Shown: piece by piece, positions 57,973-64,000 of the stretch
Layout: every line of letters begins with the position of its first letter
How positions within the stretch are numbered: position 1 is the first letter of the stretch
Assembly: GCA_038061615.1 (NCBI GenBank)
Contig: JBBTYY010000015.1
Coordinates: 1,298 to 65,297, forward strand
DNA: 64,000 bases
Source: Patescibacteria group bacterium
GTDB taxonomy: Bacteria; Patescibacteriota; Microgenomatia; Levybacterales; UBA12049
Reading direction: 5' to 3'
The notes under the pieces: model-generated
Seen by the model: only the letters and a program-made list of their open reading frames with translations
What the model was told of the DNA's origin: nothing
Databases searched by the model: none
Made by a program: the position numbers and the translations under genes

Positions 57973-59508
57973 TTATTCTTTAAATAAACGTTTCTGAATA
58001 ATAAAACCGCTTGTAAGTTGTTCTGTATTTATAACATCACCATCTTTTATCACAGTTTCAAGCCATCCCTGATAGCTCCATGGTTTTGACGTATCTTTTT
58101 CAATAAGAAGATACACAAGTCCTTTTTTCTCCTGATGTGGAGCATAGCCATATTTTTTCTTTCCATACCAAGAAACAAGATAATCATAGGGATAAGTATA
58201 TATAGGAGGACTAAATACCAGTAATCCAAATCGTTCTCCATCAGCGTTTCTATAAATATGATCTATCGCATCGATTTTTCCTCTAATTTTATGGGTTCCG
58301 CCATAGTCAACGATATCATAATAAAACGTTTTAATATTAGAAAAAATACTAGATAACAATACGATTGCTATAAATATAATGATAAACCCATCTACTATCT
58401 TATGTCGCGTTTTAAAAATAGATGCAATGGCGAAAACGACTAAAAATATATAGGCAAGATTAAGATGAATGAGATAATAATTGTATACAAAGTTTCTCAA
58501 AAATCCTAAAACAATAAATGTAACGGGTATAAGAAGCAAAAGATACAAAATAAATTTCTTTCTTTCTTTATCTTTCTCTTTTATAACAAAATAAAAAATG
58601 ATAGGAATAATCGTAATAATTGCTATTGAAGGAATAATGATTTGCGAAGGGAATGTAGACAAAAAATTATTAAAGAACACCAGTAGATGATCACGTAAAA
58701 GCAACACCCAAAATGCTTGCGTCGTTGCAGTCTCTGGATGGTTGAAAATATAAATCGAAAGTCCTTTTATCGCTTGGAATCCATGACGAATTTCGAAAAA
58801 AAACATAGGTGAAAAAGCCAGAATCGTTCCAAGAAATAATACTCCATACTGCTTAATGTGTTTAAGCTTGAGTACCAATACGCAATATATGAAGAGAGTA
58901 AGAAATAAGGGAATTGCTATCGCCAATTGAAAATTGTATACAAAACTTGAGAAAAAGGAAGCCCAAAAAAGGTATTTTGTTCTTCCTTTTTTAGTAAAGA
59001 GGAATACGAAATAAAATCCAAGCAAGATAAATAATGGCGCGGGATTAGAATTCCAAATAAACCTTGAGTACGAGATAAAAGGCGGGGAAACTGCAATTAT
59101 GGTTGCTATTAACAATCCAACTTTTGCTCCAAAGAGCCTCCTTCCGATAATATAGCAAAAAAAAATCGTTGCAATTCCTAATATAAACATCAATACCATT
59201 CCCCCATAAGGATCTCCCCTAAAAATTATGAAAGGCAATGCAAGTAAATAATAATAAAAAGGTCCATGGAAAATACCCCTAAATCCAGCAACACCCGCTC
59301 CTATTTCTGACCCAATGAGAGTTAACTTATGATCTACTACGATATTTTTTACCGCAAGATAATCTCTTCCCTGATCAAATCCAAAAAGAAAATTTCTATT
59401 TACAACCTCCACCGACCTTAAAGCTATACCTGAAACAAGTACGAAAAAAAATAATATATAAATAAAGGACTTAAAATTTACAAACTTATAAAATATATTT
59501 TTCTTCAT
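57973..59508 (-). CDS. ArnT/GT83-like GT-C membrane glycosyltransferase (tandem paralogue 4)
   Basis: 511 aa. FGFDQGRDYLAVKNIVVDHKLTLIG, GDPYGGMVLMF and a C-terminal AIDHIYRNADGERFGLLVFSPPIYTYPYDYLVSWYG domain. Confidence 0.7.
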   Translation of the reverse strand: MKKNIFYKFVNFKSFIYILFFFVLVSGIALRSVEVVNRNFLFGFDQGRDYLAVKNIVVDHKLTLIGSEIGAGVAGFRGIFHGPFYYYLLALPFIIFRGDPYGGMVLMFILGIATIFFCYIIGRRLFGAKVGLLIATIIAVSPPFISYSRFIWNSNPAPLFILLGFYFVFLFTKKGRTKYLFWASFFSSFVYNFQLAIAIPLFLTLFIYCVLVLKLKHIKQYGVLFLGTILAFSPMFFFEIRHGFQAIKGLSIYIFNHPETATTQAFWVLLLRDHLLVFFNNFLSTFPSQIIIPSIAIITIIPIIFYFVIKEKDKERKKFILYLLLLIPVTFIVLGFLRNFVYNYYLIHLNLAYIFLVVFAIASIFKTRHKIVDGFIIIFIAIVLLSSIFSNIKTFYYDIVDYGGTHKIRGKIDAIDHIYRNADGERFGLLVFSPPIYTYPYDYLVSWYGKKKYGYAPHQEKKGLVYLLIEKDTSKPWSYQGWLETVIKDGDVINTEQLTSGFIIQKRLFKE

Positions 59509-59530
59509 GCCTATTAGTAGATTAATTATA

Positions 59531-61255
59531 TTATTTATCGACCACTCTTATTGCTGAAGATTTATCGGGATAGTCAATCCTTGTGATGGTATGGAATTCT
59601 TCAGCAAAATCATCTTGACCTCCAACTAGTAATATATTATTTTCTTTTTCAGTGTAGTAATTAAAGGATCTAAATTCAAAAATATCAAATTTATTGCCAC
59701 CTTCTTTAAATCCTCCTGATCTTGTACCACCTTGACTTAAATATTTATATGGATCATATTTTGAATAAAATAGAAAAAACATATATGACTGATCCATTAT
59801 CCCCACATTCGAGACGATTATCTTATTGTAATTTTTATGAATAGGCGCAATAAAATCTACTATTTCCTTGTATCCATATTGCCAATACTTCGCATGAAAA
59901 TAATTTTGCTGAACAAAGTACTGATTAAGATAGTAAACAAAGTTTACTACAGTAAATAAGACGTAAGACGTAAGACCTAAGATTAATAAATATTTTCTTA
60001 AGTCATAAATCTTAAGTCTTAAATACGAAGCTCTGACGGAATAAAGAATTTGAATTATTCCTATTGCAGTAAACACCTGAAAAGTAGGAAGAAAGTTTAA
60101 GGTGCGAACCGCATGAGGGACTCCGCTTGTGATTGAAGCCGGAATTGGAGCAATCAAAAACCAGGAGAATATAAATAATTTTGTTTTTTTATCAAATTTG
60201 CCAAAAATCAAACCATAGATGCCTATAAAAAAGAAAGGAAATTCAAATAAGTACAAAAGTCCCATATTTGGCGCGTGATGCCTTGATATGTCTCCTGTAA
60301 TGAATAGCCAATTTAAATCTAAATGAGATAGATAGCCTCCGGCTACATATTTTGCGAATTCTATTCTACGATTATCTAAGACTAATCCCAAGATGTCGTT
60401 ATTTGCTTTATCTCTTGCAATTTTTTCTGTATTTGCCTCAATTATTGAAGCGTTCGAAAAAATACTAACTCCCTTAGCCCTAGAAAGCGCATCCTTATTT
60501 GTTAAGGTAAAAAGAATCAATGGCAGACAAATAATTGTAAAGATTATGAGTGATATGTATATATATTTTTTTCTTATTGAAAAAAACTCTTTTCTAAAAG
60601 AGGATACAAGAATAGCTATCAGAAGAGGAACGAAAACTTTCTCGCTTTGATATACATGAAGACTCAATCCCAACATCAAAGCACTTAATAATAAAAACCA
60701 TGGTTTTTTAAAGGCTTTTAGGAAAAACAATATTCCAAAAACATTTAGAGCCACACCAACGTTTGCCTCAAATGCAACTCGGGAAAATTGAATATGCCAT
60801 GGAGAAATTGCAAGAAGGAAGGCTGATAGCAGCGCTATCATCTCAGTATTTAGTATTTTGTATTTAGTATTTTGTATTTGTTTAGGATTTAGAATTTCGG
60901 ATTTTGGATTTGTTTTGAACAACTCTTTAACCAAAAAGTAAGTAGCAATTACAGCAAGCACGCCAAAAACTGCCGAAGGAAGCCTTACAGCAAATGTATT
61001 TAAGCCAAATAATGCAACTGCAGGAATAGAAAAATATGCGTAAAGAGCAGGTTTGTAGTCATCAAAAGACCTAAGAACAATCGGCAGAAACTTACCGTAC
61101 TCGTCTCTTCCTGTATGCAAAAGAGAGTAGGCATTGTAACCTAAGGCAACTTCGTCCCAGTCAGGAGAAATTGGAACTTTTCCAAAATCCCAAAGTCGAA
61201 GAATTGCCGCTGTGAACAAAATTAAGCCCAAGATTATCAAAACTTTCTTATTCAT
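59531..61255 (-). CDS. PMT/ArnT-type (GT39/GT83-like) GT-C membrane glycosyltransferase (second-family paralogue 1)
   Basis: 574 aa. The N-terminal loop WDFGKVPISPDWDEVALGYNAYSLLHTGRDEYGKFLP carries a DE motif and a ~45 aa first periplasmic loop as in ArnT/PMT. ~12 TM and a C-terminal soluble domain. Contains heptad tracts at 59957-60023 and 60845-60914. Confidence 0.75.
   Translation of the reverse strand: MNKKVLIILGLILFTAAILRLWDFGKVPISPDWDEVALGYNAYSLLHTGRDEYGKFLPIVLRSFDDYKPALYAYFSIPAVALFGLNTFAVRLPSAVFGVLAVIATYFLVKELFKTNPKSEILNPKQIQNTKYKILNTEMIALLSAFLLAISPWHIQFSRVAFEANVGVALNVFGILFFLKAFKKPWFLLLSALMLGLSLHVYQSEKVFVPLLIAILVSSFRKEFFSIRKKYIYISLIIFTIICLPLILFTLTNKDALSRAKGVSIFSNASIIEANTEKIARDKANNDILGLVLDNRRIEFAKYVAGGYLSHLDLNWLFITGDISRHHAPNMGLLYLFEFPFFFIGIYGLIFGKFDKKTKLFIFSWFLIAPIPASITSGVPHAVRTLNFLPTFQVFTAIGIIQILYSVRASYLRLKIYDLRKYLLILGLTSYVLFTVVNFVYYLNQYFVQQNYFHAKYWQYGYKEIVDFIAPIHKNYNKIIVSNVGIMDQSYMFFLFYSKYDPYKYLSQGGTRSGGFKEGGNKFDIFEFRSFNYYTEKENNILLVGGQDDFAEEFHTITRIDYPDKSSAIRVVDK
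60845..60914. repeat. Ten consecutive 7-nt-periodic units (agtattt agtattt tgtattt agtattt tgtattt gtttagg atttaga atttcgg attttgg atttgtt)
   Basis: Directly visible. Lies inside CDS 59531..61255 and encodes NPKSEILNPKQIQNTKYKILNTE in the first periplasmic region. Confidence 0.85.
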
Positions 61256-62979
61256 AATTCATAGGCAACAAGAGTTGGCTCTCCGTTTAAAAGATAAAAC
61301 GTTTTTAAAATTTTTGCGTTATTAGGTGTATTTTGTGCAGAATTTACGTAAAGAACTTTTTTATTTGATACATCTTTTAAATCTTTTAAGAAACGGTATT
61401 TGCCATATCCTTTCACATTTACAAAACCAAAAACTTCTCTTTCAACCTTTGCGGTTTTTTTAAATTCTCCGGGGGGGGTTTTTGTATAAAATAAATAATA
61501 AATATAAGGCCTGCCCAGCTCGGTAGTAATATTTATTTGGTCATAATTGCCATAAACACTTGATACATAATTGATAGATTCTTTATATCCATATTGCCAT
61601 TCACCCGAATATATTCTTTTGTAGTGAACTAAATAGTCATGATAGAAGTATAAAAAGTTTATAAGAAGTAAGACGTAAGATATAAAACTAATTGTTATAA
61701 ATAATTTCCCTTTTAGAAAATTCTTAAGTCTTAAGTCATAAGTCTTAAGTCCTGAAATGAAATGATAGAATCCATAAGCTGTGAGGATCTGAAATGTTGG
61801 TAAGACAGTCTCAATTCTTAAAGCATGGGGCGTTTCTCTCGCTGTTGCTGCCGGAATAATGCCGACAATAAGCCAGATAGGAATTATCCACCATAAACCC
61901 TCTCTTTTTCTAATTAAGAATAAAATGCCTGCTATGAAAAAAGGAAGATCCCATAAAAACATTTCTCCGACTGTTTGAGTGGAAAATTTAGGATTACCAT
62001 CGCCCCTTATGAACAAAAAGTTGGGGCTTAGGTTATCGAAATAATGTTTTATATATTCAACCCCATAAACAAGTCTTCTGTTGTGAATTAGTTTTGACCA
62101 AAAAGCGTTATTATCATTTGCAATTTCTTGGTTTGATGTTTTAATTACGTTTATATCCGAAAAAATATTTACCTCTTTAAAACGGAGACTCGCTTGCGGA
62201 GTCAAGATAAATTGCGCAAGGGGTATAATCATAATTAAGCCGATCAGGGAAGCTATAACAACTTCTTTCTTTCTATCAAAAAGTTCTTTCCTAAAACCTA
62301 TTGCCAAACCCAAAATAAGAAGCGGTGCCACAACTCTTGCGGTATTGAATGTATACATTGACAAAATAAAAGAAATTACAGAAAGAGAAAGCAATAATAA
62401 AAACCTTAACCCTAGGGCGTCAATAGGTTTCCACCCCCGGGGTGGAAACGAGGCTGCACCTTGGGATTTTACAGAATTTACTGCGGTTAGAAACAAAAAA
62501 ACACCCAAGACAATAAAAAATGTGGCAACATTTGCTTCGAATGCGGCGCGGGAAAGCATAATATGCCAAGGAGATATCGCAAGTATTAATGCTGACATTA
62601 GGGCATAAAATTCTTTTAATTTTGATTTCCAAAAAATTCTTTTGACTAAAAAATAAGTTGCAATAACCGTTAATACTCCAAACAGAGCAGAGGGAAATCT
62701 AACCGCAAATTCATTAAGTCCGAATATTTTAACAGGTAATACATCTAAATAAGCATAAACCGGAGGCTTGAAGTCTCCAAAAGATTCAAGGTAATCAAGA
62801 GGTAAAAATCTTCCGAATTCATCTCTACCATCAATCCCTATTGAGTAAGCATTATATCCCCAAGCCGCCTCATCCCACGTGAGAGAAGGAGGATTATTGC
62901 CTAGCTGATAAAATCGCAGGAAAAAAGCTAAAAAAATAATTCCAGCAAGAATAATAAATGTTTTGCTTCTAATACTCAT
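61252..62979 (-). CDS. PMT/ArnT-type GT-C membrane glycosyltransferase (second-family paralogue 2)
   Basis: 575 aa. YQLGNNPPSLTWDEAAWGYNAYSIGIDGRDEFGRFLP. Same architecture as 59531..61255, with an ATGA overlap. Confidence 0.75.
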   Translation of the reverse strand: MSIRSKTFIILAGIIFLAFFLRFYQLGNNPPSLTWDEAAWGYNAYSIGIDGRDEFGRFLPLDYLESFGDFKPPVYAYLDVLPVKIFGLNEFAVRFPSALFGVLTVIATYFLVKRIFWKSKLKEFYALMSALILAISPWHIMLSRAAFEANVATFFIVLGVFLFLTAVNSVKSQGAASFPPRGWKPIDALGLRFLLLLSLSVISFILSMYTFNTARVVAPLLILGLAIGFRKELFDRKKEVVIASLIGLIMIIPLAQFILTPQASLRFKEVNIFSDINVIKTSNQEIANDNNAFWSKLIHNRRLVYGVEYIKHYFDNLSPNFLFIRGDGNPKFSTQTVGEMFLWDLPFFIAGILFLIRKREGLWWIIPIWLIVGIIPAATARETPHALRIETVLPTFQILTAYGFYHFISGLKTYDLRLKNFLKGKLFITISFISYVLLLINFLYFYHDYLVHYKRIYSGEWQYGYKESINYVSSVYGNYDQINITTELGRPYIYYLFYTKTPPGEFKKTAKVEREVFGFVNVKGYGKYRFLKDLKDVSNKKVLYVNSAQNTPNNAKILKTFYLLNGEPTLVAYEL

Positions 62980-63000
62980 GCAATCTCTTTTTTTGTTTAA

Positions 63001-64000
63001 TTAATTTTTATAAATCTTCCAAACGGTATGCAGGGGCTCTCCTACTTGAATTATTGACTTTATCGGCTCGGTTGTGGTTTCTTTGTAACAGTCACCAGGA
63101 ATCACATACAAAGTATTTGGAGGCAGGTAAATTCTTGGGTCAAATGGTTTATTGTATGTTTTTATACAATTGCCGATAAAATAAATATTTTCCAGTCTTT
63201 TACTTCTATATGCGGCCTGAACTATATTTGGATCTTCACGATTAAAAAGCGCATACTGCATAAGCAATCCTCCTTCATTAGCGATATAAACTTGTTTATA
63301 GTTGTCTTTCTCTTGCGCAATGTATTCACTGACATCTCTTGAACCTCTCAACCATGCCTCTGCGCCATAAATACTATATCGATAATGATATTGATAGAGA
63401 TATCCTGTTATTAAAAATGCGTATAGTAAAATAAAGGCGCTTGTGAAAATGGCTGAATAAATTTTTTCTATCTTCCTAAGCCTTGCAAACATTTCATATA
63501 TTCCACATCCTACAATAATAGATAGGAATGGCAACATCATTATGCTTCGCAATCCATATGATTTATCAATGGTAATTGTTGATGGAATGGGAGCGATTAG
63601 AAGACCAAGAATGAGAAAATTTCTTATTTTTTTTGTACGCAAAACATAAGCAATACCAAAGAACAATAAAGGAAGCTCAATAATATACATTATTCCCCTA
63701 TTGCTAATACCAAAAACCTCTTTACTATCCCCAATCTCGCCATATAAAAAAAGATACTGTGGTGAAAATGCCTCAAGATAATTTTCTCGTATTATACGTA
63801 GAAAGGCTAAAGGCTTATTGCTAAATATATTGCGTAAAATAAGAGGAGCAGTGTTGTAAGTTCGTTCTGTATTGATTAAATTTGTAATCTCGCTAGTATT
63901 TTTTGTAAGAAGAACTTTTTGTCTATTTACATTCTGTGCATAAAAAACATATAAAAAAGATGAAGCTATTAAAATTATCCCTGCTATAAAAATAAACATT
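63001..64000 (-). CDS. C-terminal part of a third PMT/ArnT-type GT-C paralogue (N-terminus beyond the window end)
   Basis: Its 332 aa visible portion aligns with the C-terminal halves of the two preceding proteins (PIPSTIT, LRSIMMLPFLSIIVGCGIYE, and a C-terminal soluble domain). The Met at the window edge is probably internal. Confidence 0.65.
   Translation of the reverse strand, partial: MFIFIAGIILIASSFLYVFYAQNVNRQKVLLTKNTSEITNLINTERTYNTAPLILRNIFSNKPLAFLRIIRENYLEAFSPQYLFLYGEIGDSKEVFGISNRGIMYIIELPLLFFGIAYVLRTKKIRNFLILGLLIAPIPSTITIDKSYGLRSIMMLPFLSIIVGCGIYEMFARLRKIEKIYSAIFTSAFILLYAFLITGYLYQYHYRYSIYGAEAWLRGSRDVSEYIAQEKDNYKQVYIANEGGLLMQYALFNREDPNIVQAAYRSKRLENIYFIGNCIKTYNKPFDPRIYLPPNTLYVIPGDCYKETTTEPIKSIIQVGEPLHTVWKIYKN

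Overview
This 64 kb window is low-GC (about 30%) bacterial DNA, almost entirely coding, with genes packed head-to-tail. The compositional style is consistent with a Patescibacteria/CPR-like or other AT-rich lineage, but I cannot confirm the source organism. Nearly all of it is one very large cell-surface glycan biosynthesis and glycosylation supercluster, mostly on the minus strand, with a roughly 40 kb co-directional gene string from 24384 to the window end. Three nucleotide-sugar modules can be read from motifs. The first (2985-8707) is an Arn/Fdt-like module: a UXS/ArnA-C-like decarboxylase SDR, a sugar C-methyltransferase, an FdtA-like 3,4-ketoisomerase, an ArnA-N-like formyltransferase, a DegT aminotransferase and an ArnC-like polyprenyl-phosphate GT2. 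The second (23183-28772) is a CDP-hexose module: RfbF-like glucose-1-phosphate cytidylyltransferase, RfbG-like CDP-glucose 4,6-dehydratase, an SDR, split transketolase N/C subunits and an E1-like PMP-dependent 3-dehydratase. The third (31665-39157) is a GDP-sugar-like module: two Fcl-like enzymes, a ColD-like 3-dehydratase, a second C-methyltransferase and another 4,6-dehydratase-like SDR. Around these sit about 13 GT2/GT4 glycosyltransferases, a Wzx-like flippase, a GalE homologue and an RmlC-like cupin. The most striking feature is about 14 polytopic GT-C-like membrane proteins in tandem paralogue arrays: seven ArnT/PMT-like, two PTPS-related, three huge YfhO/AftD-like, one GT87/DUF2029-like and one PIG-V-like. 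The left end looks degenerate or acquired: a probable tmRNA 5' segment, a NYN-domain gene, a truncated DinD/Bro-N-like fragment, and a truncated GT4 gene carrying a GC-rich 90 bp insertion. Heptanucleotide-periodic tandem repeats are scattered through both coding and intergenic DNA. Two four-helix-bundle ('23S rRNA IVS protein'-like) genes look like inserted cassettes. No CRISPR array, rRNA or tRNA is detectable by eye.
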